From Kudoa neothunni (lineage: Eukaryota > Animalia > Cnidaria), in the NCBI GenBank assembly GCA_964304625.1, contig OZ199839.1, positions 7,010,234-7,074,233 of the forward strand: a DNA stretch of 64,000 bases, given 5' to 3'. Numbering within the stretch: position 1 is the stretch's first letter; every line of letters starts with the position of its first letter. Under the pieces are notes generated by a model. That model had not been told where the DNA came from. It worked only from the letters and a program-made list of their open reading frames with translations, and made no database searches. Shown piece after piece: positions 50,946 to 64,000 of this stretch. Both the position numbers and the translations under genes were made by a program.

Positions 50946-53900
50946 TTAATCTCTTTTCTTCTTCATTACCACGATTCCAACTATCGCTAAGACCACAACC
51001 ACAGCAACACAGGCAATGATGATTCTATAAAAGGTTAGTTCAAGTATTAACATTTAAAAATGTTTACATAAGTTTGGTTTTATCCCTAAAAAATATTAAA
51101 TTAAATACAAAAATATTACTAAGCTCACCCTGAACTACTCTTTGCTCCTACGATATATAACATTAAATTACATTGTGAACAAACGATATACCTTGTTGTA
51201 TGTCAGCACCCCCAAAAATTGTATCATCTTGAGCACTGTAAACAGTCAAATAATAGTTATTTCCATCAGGTAAATTATTTATTTTGAATTCTTTACAGGT
51301 CACAAAAGCAGCACATTTGTCCACATTTCTTCTCATGCAAGATTTTACTATCGCATTAGACTTGACACTACTGTTACGTAACTCCCATTTGCATTTTGAT
51401 TTATCGTTCATAGTGGCTGGAAGTGTGGTGGTTACAATGAAACTGTTCCCATCACGTGTAATGACGACTGATATCAATTTTGAGGAGTCAGTTGGGTTTA
51501 CTTGTGGTGCACCTAATATAAAGTTTCGTTTACAAAATTCTTAATAGAGACATTAATTGAAGCATTAATTGTAGTACTTGATTCTATGATATGCTCCTTT
51601 TCTGAAGATTTTCCGATAGCTGTGATTAAAATTTTGTATGTATTTGCTGCTTCATACTCGGGAAATGTTATGGAACTGCAAAGGGGATTTGAAGAACAGG
51701 TGTTTGTGCTGTCAGCGGCCTCAGCAAGCTGTGTATCTGAAGTGCCCGGAACTGAAGATTTCGCTGCCGTCATTGGGCCACCATCTGCTACCATTGGCAC
51801 AGCAATTCTAGCTATGTTGAGATCTACAGAACTTGAACTGGAAGGAGTATCTGAAACGGGATTTGGTGCTACTGGAGTGGCAACAGATGTCGTTACTTTC
51901 GGCACCACTGGACATGTGTAATAATCTGTGTAATCGTTACCAGTCTTCATTTGTACGATATAACTGCAAATTGCACTTGGATCCACAGAATTTAATCGTG
52001 CCTTTAATAACAAACCATCCAATGTGATCTTATGTGTTATCGTTAATGTTGTTAACGCTATTAAATATTTAAAGAGTGAATTATAACTTCAATAACCTGT
52101 TCGTATATCTGTGTAATCTTTTATGCCGTAATCCTTATGTGCGATCACTCTGATGTCATAAGGTTTGTTTGGCTCGAGGTCTTCTATCGTAACTTGTTCA
52201 CCACATATTCCTCTACATGGAGTGTTGCCATTACATTTCGCGTGGAAAAAGCTGTCCAATCCAGTCGGACTCACCAAATACTCACAGGTAGGATCAGTTT
52301 TCTTTTGTTCATTTGTAGTTGAGGTAGTAGCTATAGCTGTAAGAGATACTGACGTGTCTGTCTTTATAGGATCAATGGTCGCATAATTTTTGTTGCTTTC
52401 CTTTGCTATATAATTCCTTATTTTATAAAATAAATATATTGATTTACTTGTTCTTATGAATATATGTTCTTTAAAATCCGTTGGATTATTAATGTTTTCA
52501 GGTGTAATTTCAAGTATGTATGCTTTTCCTGCTGCAAGTTGTTGAATCACCAATTCAGAACATTCAGTTTTGCATTTTTGATTATCGGAGCTAGTCTGGT
52601 CACACTTAGTTTCTTCTAAACTTTCTTGTTTAATTTTGTCTGCTAGATAGTGTTTAAGAGTACACTTAGTAAATTTTAGACCAGTTCCTTGATTTAATGC
52701 CGCACTATCAAATGACACTCCCTGATGCGTGTATTTTGACAGGAAACCTCCAGTTGATTCAGTGATCGCTAAGGATAATAATGAAAACAACGCGTATTAA
52801 TACAAAGATTACCAAATTTAGTATGTTTGTAACCGTCCAAACTACTACCAGTAAGACTTATGCCATGATGTCTGGTTTGAATCAAAATTCCGTAAATTAC
52901 TTTGTTTGCAATACCGTTTAACACAATATCCTTACAAGGAGCATAACAGCTTTTGTCGGCTCCGCCACAAACAGACGTATATGATCTATCAGTTTCTGCA
53001 CTCAGGCCATCTTTAAGTCTGAACAAGCATATTTCAGATGACGGGGAGTTAGTGAATTTAATTTCTACTTTGTTTTCAGTTTTAGCTACGACATAAAACT
53101 GAGGCTGATAAATGGCTATGTTTTGCTTCATATATCGATTGGGCATATTGTAAAAGAAACCGGGATAATTTTTGCACCTCACTTCGTAATGAGGTAACAA
53201 TAAATCAAAATCAACTTTGTTTGCTGCATTCGCATCATCACATTTGCTTCCCGCGGTACCTTCTACATATTTGACATCTTTGTAATAAATAGGGCAATCT
53301 ACAGGTGCACATGTTTTTGTTACGAATTTCAGCTGATTAGCTTCTGTAGACACGGTAATTTGTGGATTAGCCAACAACGCTAAATTTAATTTATTTTTAT
53401 GTTAAATTTAATTAATTTACGTATTGAATATCCGAATACTTTTGATCCTGCTCCTTGAGTTTTCGTTTTAACCTCATCTGTGGAATCGCCTACGTAGACG
53501 AATATGTATTTGGTTCTTGGTGACAGCGAATTGTAAACAATAGTATTCTCATTTGTACCGCAATCGACAACACAAGTATTTTCGCCAGCGTCAGTAACTT
53601 TAGCAGTGCAACCGTCGATATCTTTAAATTCAGCTGTTGTTGTACTACCAGTAGTAGCTGCGATTTCCGCCTCGTTGGATCGCTTTAAAAGGCATTTATT
53701 GCCCTGTGGATAATCACTTCCTCCAAGATTGAGCTTAATTTTATCTGGATTATTATCTGAACTTTTCACAATCTGGTATTTCAGCGTTTTCGCTGGAGGT
53801 GTAACTGCAGGTGATGCCGCAGCTGTAGGATTTGAAGTTTCATCAGTGTTGACAATGTTTGATATTAAAACACCTAAACTTATGTTAGTATTCAAATTAA

Positions 53901-53947
53901 CTTAGAATTATACCCAAAACAAGATAGAGAAGTCCAGCTGTCTTCAT
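50946..53947 (-). CDS. Type I membrane protein (roughly 870 aa) with several divergent Cys-containing FN3-like modules
   Basis: Signal peptide MKTAGLLYLVLGVLI; repeated L.P...Y.I motifs (LSPRTKY, LAAGKAY, LEPNKPY, LPDGNNY) each preceded by Cys; TM IIIIACVAVVVVLAIVGIVV then KKKRD*; the C-terminal splice junctions checked join in frame. Confidence 0.8.
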
Positions 53948-54109
53948 GGTTGACAACTAAAAGACTTACCAATTGATGGTTCGGAATACAATTGACCCGA
54001 ATTTCATTTATTTGTGGATATAACGATTCATTCATTGTAAGATATCAAAACTTAGACTAGATAATAATTATTCAAATATTAATCTAAACAAATCATTTCC
54101 CATTTAGTT

Positions 54110-55101
54110 CAGTGGTTACCAACCTTTTGGGCATCTTCGAACCCTTGTACACACATTCATGGGTCTATCGAACCCTTATCAATTAATATGAGAATTGTGT
54201 TAAGAATCCAGTGTATATATATATATATATATATTTAAAGCGCTAAGAAAAAAATACACATAATCATTTTCCATCTTTTCAATCATAAAACAACAAATAA
54301 TAAATAATGTGCATATATTACCAATGAGATTTCTGTTTCTGTTTTTCGGAAGTTATTATATGTATTTTTGGTTCAAATTTTGATAACGCTAGCCTCATCT
54401 CATTCGCTATCAACTTTATTTCTTGCTTTAGTTTTTATTCTAACAAGCGTTGAAAATGATTTTTCGCACAGATAGGTTGAAACGAAAGGAATCATTATGT
54501 CAATGGCTGCTGTAGCCTACAGAAGGTATGATTTGAACTGATGACAACAGAATGTGGAGAGATAAGATGTGGTAAAAATTTCTTGCTGTAACCTATTTTG
54601 CTGAAGTTCGATAATTTCGTCGAGAAATTTATCATCAAATCTCCAGCTGAGGTGCGAAACGGAAACGGATTTCTGAACCATATTGGGTATACAGCTCTTT
54701 GAGGAAAATAATCTTCCTTGGGAGTATTTAATTCATTTAAGTGGGTTATAATAGATTCCTTTATTTCTCGTAGAAGTGTAATGTTCTTGAAGCCGGAAAT
54801 CTCCTCAAACATGTTTATGCAGTCGTCTAATAATAAAGAATTCGCAAAATTATTATTATTTACTCTACGTTTCAATAGCAGCAATTTTTGTAAAAATGCG
54901 GTCAGATTTTCTTCTGCTTCAATAATATTAACTCCATCTCCTTGCACCTTTAGATTAAGATTATTGAGAGCTTCAAAAATATCTGGCATGTGAGCTAAAG
55001 AAAATAAAAATATTTTATCTTTAAAATAATCGACACGATAATTTTTTTCTCTTTTAAAACTAATAAAAGTTCTATGCGTAATGCAAAAACGCAATCGAGC
55101 A
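54110..55101 (-). mobile_element. 3' half of a hAT Buster (ZBED5/SCAND3-like) transposon
   Basis: TIR CAGTGGTTACCAACC; DIFEALNNLNLKVQG, WFRNPF, STYLCEKSFS; truncated by the next element. Confidence 0.85.
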
Positions 55102-55804
55102 TAAGGTTTAAGATCGGTTCGGTTTTTAACCGAAACCGATTTTAAAATTAGCATAAGATTTTCGGGGAAATCGCACGTTTTTTAACGGCAGTAAAAATGA
55201 TCAAAAATGGTGAGCGCTATTTGGAATTTTTTTGTTAAACTTGCCGATGAAAAGGCAAAATGAAAAAAGTGCAATGCTATACTTGTTTGCAAAAAACGTT
55301 CAACAAGCACATTTCATTCATATGCCAAGACCCATGGGATTGAATTAAAATCAAAGTAGTTCCCAATCATTAATATTTTTAAATAAAAAATATAATCGTT
55401 CAAAGGTAAGCCATAATTGACAATTTTTCCAACAAAAGTCTATGGGAGTCCAATCTTGACTCTGATATCGCGACACTGATTGTTTTTGACAATGTTCCAA
55501 TTTGGAAAATTGACAGATGTATAACTTTAAGAAAATTGCTCAAAAAGGCACACGGAAAAAATTCCAATGTCCAATGTCCAATTATGCAATTTTTAATTTA
55601 TTTATCATTGCAGAAAACTCAATGACAATAAAAATTGAAAAAATTGTTGTGGGGTTAAACTCAAGACCTGCACTCTGTTGTGACGAGTAGCCATCAAGGT
55701 CAAATAAACGTTTCCTTAATATCCAAGCCTATTTCGAAGGCGAAAAAATCTCTCTTGGTGTAACAAGAGTAACAGAAAGATGCACAGGTGTAGAATTGAC
55801 GTCA
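55102..55804 (+). mobile_element. 5' part of a BED-finger hAT transposon
   Basis: TAAGGTTT end with CGGTT/AACCG subterminal repeats; SAIWNFF..KC..ST..H BED finger from 55207; DE*PSRSNKRFLNI catalytic remnant. Confidence 0.7.
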
Positions 55805-55808
55805 TTAA

Positions 55809-57928
55809 CCCATTAAGGGTTACTGTTCTCTTTTCGGCACACGAATAAAGTAGGATTTTCTCTTTTGTCGAATAACCGATTTATTTATAAATTAAAATAT
55901 TTCTTGGTATAGTCAATCAGTCATAATTTAAAAAATAAGAAGAAATTCTATTTTATGGTTTAAAAAATATCGTGTTGTTTATGCTCAACCACTCATTTAG
56001 TACCAATAGTGAATTATTATGGCGGCATGAATCTATTTCCGTCCATAAATTTTCGATTCAATATTATATATGTGTGCAACCCAAAAGTTTGATTTTATTT
56101 GATGTGCGTTTGGAATTTAGAAAAGTATTAACAAAATAAACATGTGCCGAAAAAGGAGCAGTAACTCCTCCACATGGAAATCTTCAATTAATCTTTTAAC
56201 ACAGGGGTTTTCAACCGGTTTTTTCAAATTTACACCCCAACATGGAAACCAAATTCATATTTACCTTAAGATTTTATACTGGTTTAGCTATAGCGGAAAT
56301 TATTGAGGGGTAAATTCTGGATCTAAAAATCACGTATGCTTGCATAATGACAATTTTTAATCCTGTCAACTCGTCCACAAGCTGTATACAGATTTTATTT
56401 TTTAGATTTTGCTAAATCAAATTAATTCTTTCCCAACTCTTCGCTATTACGGGAGAGAAATAATTAAAAATAATCAAAAATAACGACAATTGAATATTAT
56501 CTATCATGTAAATATTCATTTGAAATATTATTATTAGGCTACACCACTAAAAGATAAAGGAGGTATAAAAAGGAGACAGAATAGTTTTGTAAATAGCTGC
56601 TAAAAACTTATTCCTGAAAACATTTTAAGAATTTTTGCCAATTCATATTTAACTTAATAGCCCTGAATAATTTAATTCCTTAGAGATCCGGAAGTACGTC
56701 ACGAACCCATAATGCAAAAATTCTCCCTATCTAATTTTGATGATATTTAATTTACTCCGTGTCATTTTAATTTTACCCACGGTTGAGAACTCCCGCTTTA
56801 ATAGATTGTTGAAATTCGTGATATACGTACTTCGTTACAAAAATTTATTAGACGCTGTTAATGAATTCTGCGATAAAGATGACATGCTTTCGAAGTTGTA
56901 TCACTCATTCTATAATCAATGTTGTGGATTTAATGGATAAGGAGGATAATTTGATGCCAAATTTAATAGTGGATACTGGTGTAAGAATCGTACCCAAAAT
57001 ATGAGGAGAGATTGAGGTGCAGTATGAAAATAATTGGTGACTTTTTTGAAAATGAAGTTTCTCCTTTCTAAAAAATGATCTCCAAACAAAATAAGGTCTC
57101 AAACGTTCAACGATAATGCATAATTTGTTACCAGTTAAAATTTATGTGAAGAACCTGTATAAATTTTAGGAAAGAGTTGTCCTATAATGTTTTTCAACAA
57201 TATTTTGACAAAAACATCATAATGATGATTTTAAAACGATCACACGTATATATTCAACAGAAAAACGACCACATTTTTAATCTGACAGCCGAACAATTAA
57301 AAACTTTAATGGTATACGGTTACTTACCAGCCTACCATACGTTAACCTGGCAATATATGTGTTGGGAAGACGCTGTAGATTCTGGAGTAATGCTGGTGAA
57401 TAAAGCGACGGTCTATAAACATTTCAAATCCATTAAGATATATCTCCATCTTAATGATAACGCGAGAATAGACAAAGGCGATAAATTGTTGAAATAAAAA
57501 ACCATTAATTGAAAAAATGAATATGAACTTAAGAAAGTATGGAATTTTTAACAGAAACATCATAAATGTGCAGATGGTACCATATTAAGGACATAATTCC
57601 TGTAAGATGTTTAGGAGAGGGAAACCTTTACGCTTTGGTTTTAAAAATTAGATAATAAGATCTTCATATGATTACGCGTATACCTTTCTATTTACGATGG
57701 AAAGCCAACAGATGAGATTTGGAGTATGTGGTGTGAAACGTTTCATTGATGACTTAAGGGATGTGTCGAACCTTACATTGTTTGTTGATAATTTCATTTT
57801 TCGTCCTAAACAATTTTTTGCTATATTAACCGTAACACTGAAGCTTTTAATTGAGAAAACGATTCGAGGTACAAACGAAAATATATTTGATAATTCCACA
57901 AAAATTTTCTGCACTGATTGGCACGATA
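55809..57928 (+). mobile_element. Decayed piggyBac (PGBD3-like), 3' end missing
   Basis: TTAA|CCC end; internal inverted repeat at 55819-55841 / 56143-56165; transposase remnants YLHLNDN, GKPLRFGFK, LFVDNF, WHD. Confidence 0.75.
56202..56795. mobile_element. hAT MITE nested in the piggyBac
   Basis: 15-bp TIRs CAGGGGTTTTCAACC / GGTTGAGAACTCCCG; TSD ttttaaca/ctttaata. Confidence 0.75.
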
Positions 57929-57932
57929 TTAA

Positions 57933-58133
57933 CCCTCCAGCGGGCTTTGGGTTAAAAAAGACCTCAGATTTTTTTGATTTAATGTATGCATAAAATTATT
58001 ATAAACTTATGAGGAATATATGGGAAAATTCTGTCCAAGTAACGTTGAGAAAACAATCAATTACGTCATAATTAATCCTCAATAATCTTATTCGGCAAGA
58101 TTAAGTAGATATCGCGATAAATCGTTGTTATAA
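57933..58133. mobile_element. Terminal fragment of a second piggyBac-like element
   Basis: TTAA|CCCT followed by palindrome-like GGGTTAAAAAAGACCT, exactly where the PGBD3-like frame breaks. Confidence 0.45.
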
Positions 58134-61100
58134 TCCTTTATATATATAAAGGAGGACTGTCGGTATGTTTGTGTGTGAGGGTTGCCAGAAGATTAGCGAA
58201 AAAAGTACCAACAGTTAATCTGCGCAAAAAAAGATTAAGGATGAAAAAATCATAGTTATTTAAAATGTTTTTTAATCTATCTAAAATGAAATTATGTCAT
58301 TACAGTTATTTTCATAAAGGTTTCTCTCTATAAACGCTGTTACTAAATTTTCAGCTGGGTTCCATTTTGTATAATCCATATTACAAAATAAACTTTTCGA
58401 ATAAATCAAGTTGTTTAATGCTTCGGTCTTCAATAATGATCTATTTTTCATTTTGATTATGTTGAATTGTGAAAATATTCTTTTGGCACAAGCAGAAAAA
58501 TAAGGTAATGAAAGCAAGCTCATCATTAGTTTTGAAATTAATGGATATTTAGGAACATCGCAAATTGTTTTTTCTGATACATCGTACTAAAATTTTTCGG
58601 GGTCATTTATCGAAAAAAGATTTGACTCTTCGAAAGGTAATTGCCTCCATTCAATATCCACATTGGTGCAGTCTTCATCCGATATAAGATTGGGGAATCT
58701 TGCTGCAAGGGGTATGATAGACTCGGGCTTACCTTCATTTACGTTACTTGGATCCATTTCCCCAGACATTTCAAATTCTTTAAGTGAATTATTGTATAGA
58801 AATCGATCAAATATTTCATTTTTTAAGGCAATATATAAGTTAAATGTATTTATTTTGTATTGGAGATATTCTTGTGAATTTATTATGGAAGAATTCATTG
58901 TAAAGATGCAAGTCACTTTGTAAACGCGACAAACACTATCTAATGGAAGATAATTTGAAGGGTTATTAATATTAATGTAACAAATATCCACGTTTTTAAT
59001 GATTTCTCTTTTCAAAAATAAGCTGAGAATGACTTTTATTGTAACACTAATTAAATTTTTTAGCTTGTGTATTCGAGAGGTTTCTGATTAGAATTCAGGA
59101 TTAAGTTTGTTCACTACTGGGAGCATAAAGTTTAAATATTCAAAATACATATGATTTATTAATTTTTCTGATTCCAAATCATTTCCTGATACTGCAGTAG
59201 CGAAAAACCTTTTAAGTGCATTCGATTGATCGAGTATTCTAGCGACGACTTGTTCAAGTGACAACCATCTTGTGCTACGAAGGTGTAATATCTTTCTAGG
59301 ACAAATATTCATTATCTTTTGAAATTCCTTGTATTCACTTAAATGTTTTGAGCTATTCGAAACGTATGTGTAAATACTTCTAGCTAAATTTTCCAACTCG
59401 TTTGGAAGTTGAGGACAAACTTTAGAAGCACATCCAAAATTTGCTGTGACAAACGCAACCTTGCACGTAAAGCGAAGGAATTATTTGTTCCAGTAAACTC
59501 TGGGCACCACTTTTGTTGACCATTATAACATTTGCATTCTCACTGGAAAATCCGATAAGATTGTGAATGGAGATATTATTAATTTAAAAAAAATTTATCA
59601 ATGATTCAAAAATTCTTTTGCCAGTACAATACATTATCTCCAACATGACCAAATACTTGTCCATTGTCTTTTTAACATCGTCATCATCATATCGAGCTAC
59701 TAAAACTAGTTGTTTAGTTGTGGATATATCATATCATTGGTTTCATCTATTATTAATGAAAATTTGGTTGTTTGTAATTTTGAGATTAAGTTTTTTAAAT
59801 AATATTTCCTAATAACATGACGAAAAACACATTTTCCTTTCGTTCGAGCATATTTAATACCTTTGCAAATAGCAGAATCTTCACAAACATTGGCAACTAA
59901 ACCAGGCAAACGATCCAAGATTGATAGCGGTAAATTGTATTCCGCAACAAAGGCACATAATTTCAATTCTGCTTTAACTATTTTTCAAGAATATACAACG
60001 GAACTGTTTAATTCTATAAACTATCTATTTTCATATTGTCTGTGGATTGTCTTATATTTCGTCAATGCTTTCCGGTTGTTGCATGTCTTTCGATTTGTGA
60101 AATACTCCCCGAAACTTCACATTTACACACTGTGCAGAACACTTTCTCCTTGGTACCCATGCTCATATCAATCCACTGGATAAACCTTCGATCTTCCAAC
60201 CATTCTCTTCTTGCCTTGCGTTTATAACCTTAACATATTTTCTTTTTTGGTGTGTTACTTATATCGCTTTCGCAGTCGCTATCGCTTTGATTAAAGACCA
60301 TAAAGAATTACTAACCCAAAAGATATTACATTATGTATAACACAATAAAAGTTACAGAAATTAATTCAACTTGTTGAATGCAAAAACTTTTCAGTGAATT
60401 ACCAAAACGCGCGCTATTATGAATGAATTTGTACGTTATAATAAGCGTTTGTGCATAAAACTTTATCCTTATCGCATTCCGGATATTGTTTTCCTCTTCA
60501 ACTTCGTTTTCATATAATTTAAGTATTTTCAAGTATCAATGATAGCTTTAATTTTAACAAATTTAATTTATTAACAATTCCCCCGGTTAGAAATGTATAA
60601 ACTTAACGTTTTAAGGATTTTTTTCCGTTTCTAAATACATTTTAAAACCCTAAAGCATAAAAATTGTAGGCATACGAATTAATTTTGTGAAGTAAACGAG
60701 CCAATTTCCTTGTATAAGGTTAAATATACACTGGGATTAAATGGAACTGATTTGAGAATGAAATCAAAGAAAGTTTCGTTTAAAACAATAAATAGATAAA
60801 ATTACCGTAGCCAGAAACTCATTTAGCATCTATGTGAAGAAAAAAATAGGCTTAAGTTTATAAAATTTTGTTAAACGATAATACTTTGAAATTTAATTTT
60901 TTGTTTTGTTTTCTTTAGGAGACAAAACGTTAAAGGGATTGATTGGATATTTAAAATAACATCAACTTCAACACCAAGACATATTTTACATATCTTCGTA
61001 TAATATTAATCTATACGCTGAAATAATAATAAATAAACGCAAAAAGTATAAATTTTTAAATAAGCCATTAATGTTACTTTGCATTCATTACTAATACCTA

Positions 61101-62332
61101 ACCGGAAAATGGATATCGTCGAGGGGAATAAAAATCATGTCTGGAAGGTGAAAAAGTACCATTTTGGTACGAACGTACCCATTGTGCAACCCTGATGTAT
61201 GTGTATGTGCTCCCAAGTACGCTATGCGTATAATTTTTTCCTTATAGAGAGGCATATATGAAAATTTTTAAAAATCACAATATTTCAAAAAATCTTTAAA
61301 TCGTTTTCGCACTCCCAAATGTTCCAAGAAGTGTTTAGAAAATGGTGATTTTGTCGATTCAAAGTTTATTTAACGGATTACCTGAGTTCAGCAATAGGAT
61401 TAACACATGATTATGACCTGCTGATGGTCGGTTGAAATTGACTTTCCTCCTTATATTACCGATCAAATGTTCATTAACTGCTGCTATCTATCTTTATGTA
61501 TAAAGTTGGCGTCTCTATTTGTGTGTCTGTGTAAATACACTCCTTATTTGTGGAGTTTTAACGTATATGACTTGATAAGTATATTTATAAGTTCTATTAA
61601 TGGTTTTCAATGTGATAAAAAATCTGTATACGTTTCATGAATAACGAATTTGTGGAGAACGTTAAAATTACATTTATTGAAGCGTTATAATGGAAATACT
61701 GCGTTAATAGGTTTCATTAAATCGTCCGCTAAGTTTTATTTTACGTGATTAAATTCAATGCAGATGGTTGTACTTTTATTTCACCAAATTATTTAAATTG
61801 TTTATGTTGAGGTCGACGCGATTTGTGGCTGTTTATGATGAAAAACGCATGAATGTTTATGACGAGTTAAACGATGCTAATTTTGGCAATATCGATTAAT
61901 TTTCTTAAGTTTTCTATCTCTTTTACTTTTTCTATTTTTTTATCCCTTAAAAGTTAGTGATACACACAGTTACCGAGCCGGGCCAGAATTCGACTTTTTA
62001 ATACCCCCCGGACCAAAAAATAACATTTTAGATAACGCTTTAACGGGATTTAAATAATTCGGAATGAAAAAAATACAACGCTGACCTTAGCTTATTTAGC
62101 GTTGATGTCGAGTCACGAAATTTTTAAATGAACGCTTGGATTGATACTTTCCTTCACAGAAATTATCATAATTTAAATTGCATAATCCAAATTGTTATAA
62201 TAAGTTGCTTAAAATTTGTTTGTTATTTTGTTTCTATGGGTTAATTTGAAATTTCATTAAATTTTTTGAATGCTATTTAAAAACGCCTCTAGGCGAAATC
62301 TTCCCCAACCAACGCTGGGCAGTTCGCGCTAG
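58134..62332 (+). mobile_element. Non-autonomous Helitron, copy 2, interrupted by a hAT
   Basis: A|TC start with TATATATAAAG; 3' hairpin CCCAACCAACGCTGGG then CTAG|T; body homologous to 42-1189. Confidence 0.8.
58177..61194 (-). mobile_element. Decayed hAT (Tip100/ZNF862-like) transposon nested in the Helitron
   Basis: TIRs gAGGGTTGC / GCAACCCTG; degenerate TSD ttgtgtgt/atgtatgt; AAAAGTACC subterminal repeats; FSLIIDET, TRWLSL, LLSLPYFSAC..RIFS. Confidence 0.88.
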
Positions 62333-62582
62333 TTAGTCTATAAATTGGTAAAAATTATAATTGCTAATATGAGATCGAGTAAATTTGCTGATGCATGTTG
62401 AAGGAGATGAGTGTGTTGGGATTGCCCTGATGTAATTTTAAACCACGAAAATTTAAATGATAATTAGAGATTTTTTAACATGTGCGACAAAAATGATCTA
62501 TCTAATAATAACTGTGTGTTGCATTTAAAAAGTATTAAATTTTAGGAATGTCTACGAATATAAATGATAAGATCGAGTTTTC

Positions 62583-64000
62583 CTAAAGTTTATTGGGGTT
62601 CTTGGGGATTAGCTTGTGAGGTATCTTTTTTTTCTTCTTCTACTACTACTTCAGCAGGCGTATCAACTGTGGTGGAAGAAGAGGTTTCTGTATCTGTAGA
62701 GGTGGTACTCTCTTCGCTTGAAGAGGTTGATTCAGGAGCACTTTCAACCTCAATTCTGCCAAAATAATGATCACTAAATGAGCAAAAATATTCAAAATTA
62801 CTTGGGAGCCTTTTCTAACGGTGTATTTTCTCCAGAGCATACGGCCAAACACTTTTCGTTAGATTCAAAATTATTGTTGTTTCCACCAATTCCTCTGTAC
62901 AAGAATTGTCGGCAGGTTTTAGTTTGGCTCTCAAAGAAGTATCTCACTAAACGAAGATTTCCATGACCTTGATGCTGTTTTAGTTTGCATAAATCTCTAA
63001 CTGGGATGTAAGCGCGTTGCATATTACCGTTTGATTCTCTCGCTAAGTTAATCGTCTAAAAAATTATATTTTAAGATAATTGTATTTACCTGTTGGGCAT
63101 GATCCAGCACATTCGTCATATGATTCAAAAACGTTCATATCTTCAACAACTGGGCAATCTTGTGTCAAAAATTGATGACATGTTTTGTATAAGGCGTTGT
63201 AAAAATATTTAGTGGTTACTGACTTTCCACAAGTTGGTTGAGCTATTTTACTCGCACATTTTGGATTGACAGTTGCTGGATCATCTTTTGAAAATTATAT
63301 CGCTTATTAACCACAAAAAAAATTTACTGAAACATGTGTCGACGCAATGTTTCAAGGAGTCGAACACACCCCTTGTTTGATCTTCATCGACAACTACCTG
63401 CTTGCATATACGCTTGAATGTGTCGGCAAATATTTTGATTTGTTGAGTTTTGGTTGAGGTTATCTTTGGTAGAGAACCGCAATCAGAACGGTTTGGTCTA
63501 GTTTTTCCATTCACTACAAAAATTATTAGTCAAACAATAATATAAATTACATCCTCCAGCCTCTTCACATTGCCTTCTAGTATCAAAAATATTATTTCCT
63601 GCCCCGCAACCTTTATATTCGAATTCTTCACACGAATAAGTAGTTCCAGTTCCTGTTTTTTTAAAGTAATATTTCCTGACTGCTGGACCGGTGCATTTAG
63701 ACGTCGGATCAGCGGTTGGAGAAGTATTGCCATTAGCTTTAACTTGGGTCACTTCATTTAAGATTTCATCGGGAGTTTTTCGCTCTACAATGTATGTGAA
63801 AAATAGCAAGCATTATAGTGATACTATGATTTTTGCATTCTTCCATTGATTTAAAGTTATTGAAATCCATTCCCTTTCCACTGTAACTAAATTTTTGACA
63901 TTCTCCAGTGGTTTTAATAATTCTGTATCTTTCTACTGCCAAAAAACCGGCTATTAAAAGTGTATTTTCGCCTATTTTATCATCATATGTTTCAAGGTCC
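62583..64000 (-). CDS. Multi-Kunitz/BPTI domain protein with Ser/Thr/Glu-rich tail; 5' partial
   Basis: At least five Kunitz-like modules (e.g. RYFF....C..F.YRG.GGNNNNFES..C...C; CEEFEYKGCG..NIF), one per exon; the junctions checked join in frame. Confidence 0.88.

Overview
AT-rich eukaryotic (animal) genomic DNA with mostly very short GT-AG introns (about 36-60 nt). A secreted protein with CxxxCxxxCxxxCxxxCC cysteine-rich domains points to a cnidarian. Together with the strongly divergent proteins and tiny introns, a myxozoan parasite is the best inference, though not proven. The left two-thirds is a compact block of spliced genes: 14-3-3, a divergent forkhead-like orphan, a basic orphan, a complete 6-exon telomerase reverse transcriptase (about 1045 aa), Arp6, WDR3/Utp12, a Gemin8-like gene whose stop codon overlaps that of WDR3, PPCS, a collagen-less minicollagen-type CRD protein, MICU1 and V-ATPase subunit H. 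The right third is dominated by decayed, nested transposons (hAT, Tigger/pogo, MULE, piggyBac, Helitron, a solo LTR). These surround two candidate host-interaction genes: a novel Cys/FN3-like type I membrane protein and a multi-Kunitz protein that runs off the window end. All splice models were read by hand from the sequence; no database searches were run.
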